Source of the DNA: an uncultured Desulfospira sp.
GTDB lineage: Bacteria; Desulfobacterota; Desulfobacteria; Desulfobacterales; Desulfobacteraceae
Direction of reading: 5' to 3'
NCBI GenBank assembly: GCA_963663165.1
Contig: OY760175.1
Span: 1,664,001-1,728,000 of the forward strand
DNA: 64,000 nucleotides
In this document: positions 18,402 through 27,822 of the stretch, one piece after another
How the letters are laid out: each line of letters opens with the position of its first letter
Position numbering within the stretch: position 1 is the stretch's first letter
Position numbers and translations under genes: made by a program
The notes under the pieces: generated by a model
What the model saw: only the letters and a program-made list of their open reading frames with translations
Told to the model about the DNA's origin: nothing
Database searches by the model: none

Positions 18402-19037
18402 TCAGTATCCGCCATCACTGTCATTACCGCCATTGCTTTGACTGCCAAAGCTGCCGGATTTGCTGCTGTTTGCGCTGGCAGCACCCTTAATGGCGTTTTC
18501 CACTTCAGCGATTTCCTTTTCCTTACGTTCGATATAGCCTTCGATGGTCCGCTTCTGAGCGGTGGCCTCTGCGACCTGGGCCAGCTGTTCGGCAATGCCG
18601 GCGGTAAAGCCCTGGTTCTGGACATAGCTTTTATGAAATTCAATGATGGTATCAATTTCATCGGGTTTGTATATTCCCGCGTTTTCGTATTCCTTGCGCA
18701 GGTTTTCAAAATTCATTTTCCAATGTTTGCTCGGGCTGTGCGAAACCCCTCCGGCAGTGGTGACCAGCCCGTTGGGATCCGCTTTGACACGCCCCACCTT
18801 CTCCACCGTACTGGTCATGTTCTGGGCCATTTCAGCCTTGGCTGTGGCAATCTGGTCATTCACAATTTTTTTCAAGTTTTTCAGATTTTGCAGCTCTTTT
18901 GCCTTTTTCTGCTTCTGTGCCTCCAGGTCGCTCATATGCTGTCCGATTTGACTGGTTGGCCAGGCCTGAACCAAGGGGGGTGAAACATACAGGAACAAAA
19001 ATGCCAGAACAGCCGCTATCGTTTTTGCCTTCATCAT
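18402..19037 (-). CDS. Exported coiled-coil hypothetical protein
   Basis: Signal peptide ending VQA-W; two coiled coils; Ser/Gly/Asn-rich tail; GGAGG RBS. Confidence 0.75.
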   Translation of the reverse strand: MMKAKTIAAVLAFLFLYVSPPLVQAWPTSQIGQHMSDLEAQKQKKAKELQNLKNLKKIVNDQIATAKAEMAQNMTSTVEKVGRVKADPNGLVTTAGGVSHSPSKHWKMNFENLRKEYENAGIYKPDEIDTIIEFHKSYVQNQGFTAGIAEQLAQVAEATAQKRTIEGYIERKEKEIAEVENAIKGAASANSSKSGSFGSQSNGGNDSDGGY

Positions 19038-19043
19038 AACCTC

Positions 19044-19871
19044 CTACATCAACCGGTTCACGGGACCAAAGACGATTCGCCGGTAAAGATGCCGCAGCAG
19101 GGCCGCATCCACTATACCGGTGACCGCAATTTGCTGATCTCTTTGAAACTGCTGGACAGCGCTTCTGGTCCCGGACCCCGGAATTCCGTCAATGGCAGAT
19201 TTGTAATACCCCAGAGACTTTAAAGCGGTCTGGGCCCGTTTGACCCGCTGCTGATACTCAAGCTTGGGATCAAATGGCGGCAGGGGACCTGAACCGGCCA
19301 GAACCTCCGCCTTTGTCCATTCCTTTGGGATATCTTCGCCATGGTCGGCCGCCTGTTTGTACCAGTAAGCTGCGGCTTCGGGATTGCGGGAAGACCCATG
19401 CCCCGTGTAGTAAAGGTAACCTAACGTCATCATGGACAGTGTATCCCCGCTTCTGGCCGCCTGTTCCAGAAAAGAAACCCCCTGTCCCGGATCCCGGGGA
19501 CATCCGAAGTCTGCGTTCAAAAGATAGGTGCCAAGGTCCCTTGACGCTTCCACATGCCCCTGGGCCGCTGCCTTTTTGAGCCACTGAACGCCCTGGGCAT
19601 AATCGGCAGGGATCCCGTCATTGAATAACAGCATCTGGGCAACCTGGTATTGGGCGCCCGGATCGCCTTTCTGGGCCGCTTGCTTATATATCTGGTACGC
19701 CCGCGGCTTATCGTCGGTAAAATAAGATGCCTCTGCCTGGGGATTCTCATATTGCGGCGTACTCTGGCTCTGTGTCATACTTTGAACACAGCCGGAGGCC
19801 AGCAGGGCGCATCCGAACATTCCACACCAAATGATTATCTTGTTAAACACCTGGCTTTTTCTCCTTTTCAA
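19044..19871 (-). CDS. SEL1-repeat lipoprotein with C-terminal peptidoglycan-binding domain
   Basis: Lipobox LLASGC; WLKKAAAQG and WYKQAADHG repeats; AQTALKSLGYY..IDGIPGSGTRSAVQQFQ..TGIVD. Confidence 0.85.
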   Translation of the reverse strand: MKRRKSQVFNKIIIWCGMFGCALLASGCVQSMTQSQSTPQYENPQAEASYFTDDKPRAYQIYKQAAQKGDPGAQYQVAQMLLFNDGIPADYAQGVQWLKKAAAQGHVEASRDLGTYLLNADFGCPRDPGQGVSFLEQAARSGDTLSMMTLGYLYYTGHGSSRNPEAAAYWYKQAADHGEDIPKEWTKAEVLAGSGPLPPFDPKLEYQQRVKRAQTALKSLGYYKSAIDGIPGSGTRSAVQQFQRDQQIAVTGIVDAALLRHLYRRIVFGPVNRLM

Positions 19872-20108
19872 AAACAGGCCTCATCCCGGCGTCATGGGGT
19901 AGAAATCGGGTAAACATGCCGGCGGGATAACAAAAACAGTGAGTTAAAAATTGATTTAATAGATAAGGGAGGAATTTTTTTCTGTCAAGAAATATGTATT
20001 TTGGGACACAATTTTCGCTAAAATGGTATCCCCGTGGGATAATATGTGATTGATCATGGCCTCAGGCACTGGTGCCCCATAGTATCCATGAGAACCTGTT
20101 TTAGGATT

Positions 20109-20756
20109 TCAGGTTAAACAGCCCCCCCTGGTCACCAGCCTTTCTAAGGCTTCGTAAGGTCTTGCCCCCACCAGGCGATCCGTTCCCATGATAAAGGTTG
20201 GGGCCGCAACCAGCCCAAGCTTTTTTGAAAGGGCCCAGTCCCGGTCAACGGCCGGGGCAAACGATCGCTGTTCAAGGACCTGCCTGCCTTTGCCCGCATC
20301 CAGTCCGGCTGAGGCCATCAGGTCAAGAAGCACCTCCTTTCCGGAAATATTTCGCCCGTCCACAAAATAGGCCTTAAAGGCCGCATCATGAAATGCTTCG
20401 GCCCGGCCGCACGCCTGTGCCCAGAGGCCAGCCTCCTGGGCCAGCCGGGAGTTGTACACCATTTTGTTTCCCCCAAAGGGGACCTTGAAGCGTTCAGCCG
20501 TTTCTTTGAGACTGGCCGTGACCTGGTCCGCATTGACCGGCACCCCTTTTTTTTCAAGCACCGTTTCAAGGGGGATTCCCTCATCAGGGACATCCGGCTG
20601 CAGCGGGTAAGCCCGCCACAGCAGGGCAATATCGTAATTTTTTCTTAACCGTTCAATGCTCCCGGCAATGAAGTAGCACCAGGGTCAAATATAATCAGAA
20701 AAAATTTCCAGAATTTTTCGATCAGGGCCTGATTCTGCGGTTTCATTTGCTTTCAT
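20109..20756 (-). CDS. DsbA/FrnE-family oxidoreductase, selenoprotein (in-frame TGA at 20685-20687, UPWC)
   Basis: From ATG 20756: ...LEIFSDYI-TGA-PWCYF...WRAYPLQPD continues in frame into the 150-aa ORF; matches the FrnE SDxxCPWCY motif; hairpin just after the TGA. Confidence 0.85.
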
Positions 20757-20927
20757 ATTGTTTCGCTTTGGGCTTTTGTTTTGTTTATTTTTCACCGGGC
20801 ATGACGGGTTGGTTGCTCACCATGCCCCGTCTGTTTTACACGATTTGCAGTACCAAATTCAAATGAATCCTGAGCAAGGCTGAATATTAAAATATTGCCC
20901 CTGGTCACCTTGCTGTCTTTGATTTAT

Positions 20928-20992
20928 GGAGACCGGAAACGGAAGACCGGAATGCAAAACCCGAGGAGGACGCGATTACCGGTCTCCGGTCT
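20928..20992. repeat. Inverted GAGACCG-type heptamer array
   Basis: GGAGACCGGAAACGGAAGACCGGA ... CCGGTCTCCGGTCT. Confidence 0.55.
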
Positions 20993-21077
20993 TTAAAAAT
21001 TCACCTGTAAAAAGAATATGTTTGGGTTACGAATTTCGGTGTGTTTTTAAACAACCGGCGGCCGTATCAGCGGCCCG

Positions 21078-23363
21078 TTATTCTTCAAGGGCCGCTTTGA
21101 CGCTCAGGGCAATGGTTTCAAAACTGTAGGGTTTTTTGATAAACCGGCGGACCCCGAGGGCCATGGCCTTTTGAATCCGGCGGGTTTTGGAATACCCGCT
21201 GGCAATCACGGCTTTCTGGCCGGGATGAAGGGCGATGATCCGCTTATAGGTTTCAAGCCCGTCAATACCCGGTTCCATAATCATGTCCAGCACCACCAGG
21301 TCCACTGAACGGGTTTTCAAGACTTCCACGGCTTTTTCCCCGCTTTCCACGGCCACCGGGTTATATCCAAGGGTTGTGAGTATGGTCAGGGCAATGTCCC
21401 GCTGTTCCTTTAAATCATCGACCACCAGAATGGCCTGGCCGTTTCCCCGGCAGGATTCTATGGACAGGACCGCATGGGATCCGGTGTCTGCGGTTTTCCG
21501 GGTTACCGGAAAATACAGGTCAAACCGGGTTCCCTTCCCAAGGGCCGTGGTCACGTCAATGTATCCGTTATGGTCTTTTACCGTCCCCCATACCACTGAC
21601 ATGCCAAGGCCTGTGCCGCTTCTGCCCATGATCTTCCGGGTATAAAAGGGTTCAAATATTTTCTCGCACTCCTCCGGGGCCATCCCGGTTCCCGTGTCGG
21701 CCACACTCAGGCGGATATACTCCCCCGCTTCTATTTTGTCGGTGTTGCCCAATGGCTCGCCGATGTAAAAGCTTTTTGTGGAAATGGTGACGGTGCCGCC
21801 CCCGGGCATGGCCTCGGCCGCGTTGGTGACCAGATTCATGATTGTTTTTGACAGATGGACCGGAGAGCCCATAATATTGAAAGGACCCTGTTCAAGATCT
21901 GTTTTGACCCGGACATTATCGTGGTAAGTCAGAAGCTTGAGATGCTCAGGGCTTTGCAGGTAGCTTTTGATGATGGTGTTCAAATGAAGGACTTCGTTGG
22001 CCACCACCCCCCTGCGGGCCAGGGTCAGCAGGTCCCGCACAACAGCAGCGGCTTTCTGGCCCGATTCTTTGATGGTCAAGAGCGGTTCCTTAAGGGAGCT
22101 GTCTTCGGGGACCTGCATGAGCAGAAGGTCCGGGTAACTGACAATGCTGGTGAGGATGTTGTTCAGGTCATGGGCCACCCCGCCGGCCAGAAGGCCGATG
22201 GCCTCCATTTTCTTGCCCCGCTGGATATGGGCTTCGAGTTTTATCCGGGCGGCTTCCAGCCGTTTGCTCTCGGCCATCTGGGCCTGTAGCTGTTCGTTTT
22301 TAAGGGCAATGTCCTTTTCCCGCCGGGCTGCTTCCCTTACCTGGGCCTTTAATACCAGATTCCGGGTAAAGACGGCCATAATGACAATGGCGGCCCCCAA
22401 CAGAACCGCAAACACAAGAATCATTGCCAACAGCAGTTGTTGTGGAGACTGGGTGCCGATGATCTTTGTTAAAGAGGCGATTTCCCGAAGTTCCAGGCGG
22501 GTATCCCCCACGTTGCAGGAAAGCGCCAGAACCTCTTCAGAGGCTTTGAAAGCTGACAGCCACCGGGGGTAAAGGTGATCCGGAAAAAGGATTTGCCCGT
22601 TGGCCGGGGGAAAGGGTGCGGCAGCCCCATCCCCTGAGCCGATCAGATGGCCGGACGGGGCAAACAATCCGGTAAACAGGCCCCCCTGGACCGGAACCAG
22701 AAACCTGGACCGGAGGAGGGCCGTGGAAAATACGGCAATCCCATGGGCGGCGTACCGGCCTTTATAATGATAGGGAAAGGCCATAAAAAAAACAGACGGC
22801 GGGGTGCCCGGCTCCCTGTCCCGTATCTGACAGGCGTAAAACCCTTCGGGCAGCTGCAACAGGGATTTTGGCCATAACGGATCATCAGGCAGAACCGGTG
22901 CGGCCCCGTCACTTTGGGCCACCATGGCACCACGGGTATCGTAGATGGCCACCCCTTTAAAAACCGGTTCACCATCAAACCGCACCTTGTCCACCAGTTC
23001 ATTTAATTCCACGGTCAGGGCCGTGAGGTTGAACCCCAGCCCATACCGCAGGGACATGCCCAGGGCTTTGTTCTCAAAATAAAGGGGCAATTGGCTTTTT
23101 TCAGCGGCGCCGCATTTTATACGCCTGCCATTGATGTCCAGAAAATTGGCCAGGCTTAGTCCCCGGGAATTGAATTCATGTTTGTACTGGTTCAGGGCAG
23201 CGGCTTGGAGTTTCATTAAAGACCGGTAATTGGCAAACAGCAAAAAGCCCACAAATCCCATGAGGATCAGGGAAATCCCCAAAAGGGCCGCCCATCCTTT
23301 CCGGGCCTGGAACCTTGACGATTGGGGCATGGCCATTCCCCCCCTTTCATTACCGGGGTTCAT
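21078..23363 (-). CDS. Hybrid sensor kinase (HisKA, HATPase, REC); true start likely 23336 or 23330
   Basis: Two TMs; AHDLNNIL; DTGTG, FEPFYT, GTGLG; REC ILVVDD..VLDMIM..FIKKP. Confidence 0.9.
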   Translation of the reverse strand: MNPGNERGGMAMPQSSRFQARKGWAALLGISLILMGFVGFLLFANYRSLMKLQAAALNQYKHEFNSRGLSLANFLDINGRRIKCGAAEKSQLPLYFENKALGMSLRYGLGFNLTALTVELNELVDKVRFDGEPVFKGVAIYDTRGAMVAQSDGAAPVLPDDPLWPKSLLQLPEGFYACQIRDREPGTPPSVFFMAFPYHYKGRYAAHGIAVFSTALLRSRFLVPVQGGLFTGLFAPSGHLIGSGDGAAAPFPPANGQILFPDHLYPRWLSAFKASEEVLALSCNVGDTRLELREIASLTKIIGTQSPQQLLLAMILVFAVLLGAAIVIMAVFTRNLVLKAQVREAARREKDIALKNEQLQAQMAESKRLEAARIKLEAHIQRGKKMEAIGLLAGGVAHDLNNILTSIVSYPDLLLMQVPEDSSLKEPLLTIKESGQKAAAVVRDLLTLARRGVVANEVLHLNTIIKSYLQSPEHLKLLTYHDNVRVKTDLEQGPFNIMGSPVHLSKTIMNLVTNAAEAMPGGGTVTISTKSFYIGEPLGNTDKIEAGEYIRLSVADTGTGMAPEECEKIFEPFYTRKIMGRSGTGLGMSVVWGTVKDHNGYIDVTTALGKGTRFDLYFPVTRKTADTGSHAVLSIESCRGNGQAILVVDDLKEQRDIALTILTTLGYNPVAVESGEKAVEVLKTRSVDLVVLDMIMEPGIDGLETYKRIIALHPGQKAVIASGYSKTRRIQKAMALGVRRFIKKPYSFETIALSVKAALEE

Positions 23364-24231
23364 TGGGTTGAAAAAAATCAGGAAAGTAGCCGGCGGCGCC
23401 CGGATAATAGGTCTGGACCAGTTCCATATACCGGCCGTTTTCCTGAAGTGTTTTCAGGTATTGGTTAAACGTTTCCCGCAGACCGGCATCGGATTTGCGA
23501 AAGCCGCATCCCATCTTCTGGGGAGGGGAAACCGGACCAATCACTTTAAGCTGTCCCGGCCACTTTTCCAGAGAAAGCAGGGCCACTGGAACATCCAGAA
23601 GACTGCATTCAGCTTCACCGTTAATCACGGCCGGCACAAATTCACACATTTTCAGGTTCAAGGAGACAAAGTTGGCCCCGGTGGTATGAAACCCGTATAG
23701 TTCAGGATCAAGACAGGTCCCGGGCATGGCCAGGACGGTGATCCCTTTGATCAGTGATTTTACCGCTTCAATGTCCGTTTTGATCCCATTGCCCGGCTGA
23801 ATGGGCGAAAGACGGGAATCAGCCCGGGCAACCAGCCAGACCCCGCTTGGAAAGGTGGGGATTGAATAATCAATAAGCTCCCGGCGCCAGGGCAGAATGG
23901 TCATGCCGCTGGCAATGATGTCCCCCTTGACGGGGCACTGCCCGGTCAGGGTTGCCTTCCCCTTTTCAAGGGCATAGGTTTTCCCGGTCAAATCCTGAAT
24001 CACCGTTGTCCAGGTGGAGGGCACATATTCATAATCCACATTCAGGGAAGCGGCAAACCCTTTGACCAGGTCCGCGCAAAGCCCGTCGCAGCTGCCAATG
24101 GAAAACCGGGCATAGGAAACCCCCAGGTGGCGGAGGACGCCTTTTTCCCTGATCTCATCAAGGCCTGCCAGGAGGGCATGGGCCTGAAAAAAAATGAGCA
24201 GTACAGCCCAAAAAGCAATTCTCATGAACAC
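23350..24231 (-). CDS. Family 3 solute-binding protein (amino-acid type)
   Basis: Signal peptide; LDEIREKGVLR, GDIIASGMTILPWRRELIDYSIPTF, GFRKSD..LRETFNQYL. Confidence 0.82.
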   Translation of the reverse strand: MFMRIAFWAVLLIFFQAHALLAGLDEIREKGVLRHLGVSYARFSIGSCDGLCADLVKGFAASLNVDYEYVPSTWTTVIQDLTGKTYALEKGKATLTGQCPVKGDIIASGMTILPWRRELIDYSIPTFPSGVWLVARADSRLSPIQPGNGIKTDIEAVKSLIKGITVLAMPGTCLDPELYGFHTTGANFVSLNLKMCEFVPAVINGEAECSLLDVPVALLSLEKWPGQLKVIGPVSPPQKMGCGFRKSDAGLRETFNQYLKTLQENGRYMELVQTYYPGAAGYFPDFFQPNEPR

Positions 24232-24332
24232 GGTTAAACTTTTTTAAAAAGTGAATAATGCTTAACTGTCCGGTGGCCTTTTTGCCCTTTCTTAGTGAAC
24301 TTTTTTAATATTTGTCAAGGCGGATATAAAAA

Positions 24333-27300
24333 TTACCCGTATTTATGGACCCCCAGTTTTTTCATCCGTGCCGCCAGGGTCGTCCGTTTCATTCCCAATA
24401 CCTCAGCGGCACCGCCTTTTCCGCTGATCCGGCCGTTTGTTATGTCAAGCACATAGGAAATATACCGCTGCTGCAGTTCATCCATGGTGGGCAGGTCTTC
24501 GAAGGGATTGCCGGCGGGGTTTATGTCTGCCTTTGGAAAAAGGTCTGTTCCCAAAAGGTTATCAGAGGAGAGCAGCACAGCGCATTCGACCACATTTTTC
24601 AACTCCCGGATATTGCCCGGCCAGTGATACTGTAAAAAATTGGCCTGGGCTTTTTCGCTGAACTGCAAGCTGGTTTTGCCATGTTTTTTTGAAAAATGCT
24701 TGAGAAAATGATTGGCCAGAAGCAGGATATCATCGCCCCGGTCCCGCAGGGGCGGCACTTTTATGGGAACCACATTGATCCGGTAAAACAGGTCTGCCCG
24801 GAACCTTCCCAAAAGCACGTCCTGTTCCAGATCCTGATTGGTGGCGGCCAAAAGCCTGAAATCCGTTTTTACGGTATTGGTCCCCCCCACGCGCACAACG
24901 CTTTTCTCCTGAAGCGCCCGCAGCAGTTTGCTTTGAATGGTGAGGGGGATATTGCCGATTTCATCAATAAACAGCGTGCCGCCGTTGGAAAGTTCCAGCC
25001 GCCCGAGCTTTCTTTGATCCGCGCCGGTAAATGCGCCCTTTTCATAGCCGAACAATTCACTTTCGATCAATGATTCGGCAATATTGCTGACATCCACCAC
25101 ATGGAAGGGTCCACTGCCCCGTTTCCGGTTCATCCGGTGCAGCCTTTGGGCCAGCAGTTCCTTGCCCACACCGGTTTCCCCCAAGATGAGAATGGAGGCA
25201 TCGGAGTCCGCGGCCTTGTCCGCCAATGACAGCAGTTTTTTCATTATGGGGCTTTCAGCCTTGAGTTCGCTGCCCGGAGAATGGCCGGCCGTGCTGGTCT
25301 GAACCGCTTTTTCATATGAAGACGCCATGATGCCTTCAAAATAGGTGGTCACACAGCTGATCAGGCGGCCCATGTACTGGCAGAGCACATCCAGTTCATT
25401 GCCGGACAGGCGGTCAAACGCCTTCTCGTCATAGGCATTGTCATAATAGAAAACCCCTTTGACCTGCCCGTCAATTTCCAGGGGCATGCACAGCACGGCC
25501 AACGGTGTGGTTTTAAGGTTCCGGGCCGATTTAAGCGCCTTTCGAATCAGAATGGTGCTGTTTTGCCTGAATGTTTTTTGAATGGCCAGCAGACTGTTCC
25601 GAAAGTCCTGTCTTAATGACTCTTCTTCAGACAGATTGTAGCCGACTTTATAGGCGGCCTTTTTGGGGTCAGGCGCGTCTTTCCAGAAAACGGCGCCCCG
25701 GGCCGCGCCAAAAAAATTGCCCACAATGGACAAAACCCGTTGAAGGAAAGAGTCCACATTGTGGCTTAAAATAAGCTTGTCCAGCGCATCAATAATTTTA
25801 TCCAGGTGGTTGTCCGCCGGCGGGGGCTGGTAAAAAACCGGCTGATCCACTTTTCTTTCAAGGGCCGGTCTTAAGTCCGGCGGAAAAAGGGCCGGATTAA
25901 CGCCGGTAAGCGACTCCCGCGCCATCAAAGAATAATTCCATGCCGACTCAAACTGTTTTTTTCTTAATTTAAACCGGGCGATTTCCACCAGGGTCTTACC
26001 AAGTTCTATGGGGTTCCCGGACTGTCTTAAATACTGCTCGCTGCGTTTAAACAAGGCCGCCACTTTCCGGGAATCATTATGCTGAAAAATGGCTTCCTTG
26101 GCCTTGAGCCTGAGGGCGACACCCCGCAGCATGACATTGGAACCGCCGGCTTTTGTTTCCAGCTCGCTTTCATAATCAAAGGCCGGTAAGGGACCGTATT
26201 TGAGCCGGTTGAACCCATACAGCATTTCAAGAAACCAGGGCCATGTGTACTGCCGGAACAGACAATTGTGGTCCATGGCCTCCGTCACCGCCTCCTGCAT
26301 CAGCTGATGGGCCTCCCGGGGCCTGTTTTCAAGATAATGAAAATAGGCAATGCCTATTTTTCCCCAGAGAATGGCATGCCGGTTTCCCCGGCTCTTTGCC
26401 CCCTCAAGCATTTCGCTCAGATGCCGGTAGGCCTCATCCGTTTTACCGGCGATCAGCAGGACGATGCCAAGATCACTTCTGAAGTGGTCGGCCAGGGCCG
26501 GTTCAGACCGGTATTGCGCCCTTCGAAAATTGGTGTCAAACACGCCGATGGCCCGATGAAACTGGCCGGTATAGGCGGCACATAAACCCAGCCAGTGGGG
26601 AATTAAAAAGGCCACCGGCCGGTCCTGGTTCAGCTCCACCCGTTGAAAGGCCTCTTCAAAAAAGGTGAGGGCTTCCTTGTGCATGCCCTTGAAAAAGTAA
26701 TATACCCCGGTAAATTCCGTTGACAAGGACTGGAAATCATCGCCCAGTGTCTTGGCAATATCCAGGGCTTTGCGGCTGGTTTCAATGGCCTCTTCAAACC
26801 GGTTCTCATGGCAGATATGCCTGACCTTATGCAGTTCGAGCAGGACGTTGGTATGGGTGTCCTTTCGCTGTACCGCGGCCTGCTGGGCCATATTCAACAA
26901 CTCAGGAATTTCATTGAGCCCTTCACCGGAGCAAAACCGAAGGTGAGACAGCTGCAGCACCGCCGAGGTAAATAAGTGCTGCTGTTTTAAATCTTCTCCC
27001 GGGGAGGGAATCCATGCCAGGGTCTGTTCAAAATGCGTCAGGGCTTTCCCAAGGTGCCCCTTTTCAAGGGCTTTATACCCGATCTCGTTTTCAATGGTGG
27101 CCGCTTCGGTGATTTTTCCGGACCAGTAATACAGGCTGGCCTGTATTTCCATATCCTCAGCTTCGGGCAGATCGGATTTTAACAGGCGGTCAAGAAAGGT
27201 GTCGGCAAGGTCGGGTGTACAGACTGAGGACAGTTTTGTTTGGACGGCGTCAGCAAGCTTTGAAGAAATGATATGGCATCCGCTGGGGGCTTCCCGGATG

Positions 27301-27461
27301 TAATTCATTTCAATGCCGCGGGTGATCAGCTCATTGAGCTTTGACGGCAAAAGCTTTGCCAGGACGGCAAGGACATCCGCTGATAACGGCCGGCCCAGCA
27401 TCCGCATGGCCGCAACCGCATGCCATTGGGAGACGGAGAATTCAAAACGGTGGGTTGACAT
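24333..27461 (-). CDS. sigma54-dependent transcriptional activator with TPR-like region and GAF domain
   Basis: GETGVGKE, ESELFGYEKGAFTGA, LFIDEIG, FRADLFYR, WPGNIREL and a C-terminal HTH. Confidence 0.92.
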   Translation of the reverse strand: MSTHRFEFSVSQWHAVAAMRMLGRPLSADVLAVLAKLLPSKLNELITRGIEMNYIREAPSGCHIISSKLADAVQTKLSSVCTPDLADTFLDRLLKSDLPEAEDMEIQASLYYWSGKITEAATIENEIGYKALEKGHLGKALTHFEQTLAWIPSPGEDLKQQHLFTSAVLQLSHLRFCSGEGLNEIPELLNMAQQAAVQRKDTHTNVLLELHKVRHICHENRFEEAIETSRKALDIAKTLGDDFQSLSTEFTGVYYFFKGMHKEALTFFEEAFQRVELNQDRPVAFLIPHWLGLCAAYTGQFHRAIGVFDTNFRRAQYRSEPALADHFRSDLGIVLLIAGKTDEAYRHLSEMLEGAKSRGNRHAILWGKIGIAYFHYLENRPREAHQLMQEAVTEAMDHNCLFRQYTWPWFLEMLYGFNRLKYGPLPAFDYESELETKAGGSNVMLRGVALRLKAKEAIFQHNDSRKVAALFKRSEQYLRQSGNPIELGKTLVEIARFKLRKKQFESAWNYSLMARESLTGVNPALFPPDLRPALERKVDQPVFYQPPPADNHLDKIIDALDKLILSHNVDSFLQRVLSIVGNFFGAARGAVFWKDAPDPKKAAYKVGYNLSEEESLRQDFRNSLLAIQKTFRQNSTILIRKALKSARNLKTTPLAVLCMPLEIDGQVKGVFYYDNAYDEKAFDRLSGNELDVLCQYMGRLISCVTTYFEGIMASSYEKAVQTSTAGHSPGSELKAESPIMKKLLSLADKAADSDASILILGETGVGKELLAQRLHRMNRKRGSGPFHVVDVSNIAESLIESELFGYEKGAFTGADQRKLGRLELSNGGTLFIDEIGNIPLTIQSKLLRALQEKSVVRVGGTNTVKTDFRLLAATNQDLEQDVLLGRFRADLFYRINVVPIKVPPLRDRGDDILLLANHFLKHFSKKHGKTSLQFSEKAQANFLQYHWPGNIRELKNVVECAVLLSSDNLLGTDLFPKADINPAGNPFEDLPTMDELQQRYISYVLDITNGRISGKGGAAEVLGMKRTTLAARMKKLGVHKYG

Positions 27462-27564
27462 AAGGATTCACCAGCCATTGCGATTGAGGGGGTATGAATA
27501 AAATGAGCATTGATAACAAAAAGATAATGACCATATATTGGCATTATGATGGTTGGCGGCCAAA

Positions 27565-27806
27565 GTCAAGGCAAAAATGGAATCCGTTTCCGCCTGGGCG
27601 GCACCGGGCAGCACTATGCCGGCAACGGCCTGGGCCGCAGGGGTCATGAACTTGTCATGGACCACGCTAAAGAACCGCTTGCGCACGGTTTCACAATGCC
27701 GTTTGGAATCTTGGGCCGTGCCGTCTACAAAGGGGCTGGTAAACCAAAAGAGCGCCTTAATGGGGGTAAGGGCTGCCGCTTTCCATCTGTTCCAGGACGG
27801 TCCCTG
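27565..27806 (-). pseudogene. Frameshifted internal fragment of a molybdopterin (DMSO reductase family) oxidoreductase
   Basis: TVLEQMESGSPYP/+1 C/IKALFWF...QDSKR..ETVRKRFFSVVHDKFMTPAAQAVAGIVLPGAAQAETDSI resembles the PYPIKA...D.FMTPTA..ADIVLP....E segment. Confidence 0.65.
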
Positions 27807-27822
27807 GTAACGGATAAATCAA

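Noticed and set aside
20109..20756. DsbA gene as a nonsense pseudogene
   Set aside because: The only stop is a TGA at the catalytic Cys position with a downstream hairpin; selenocysteine is the simpler explanation.
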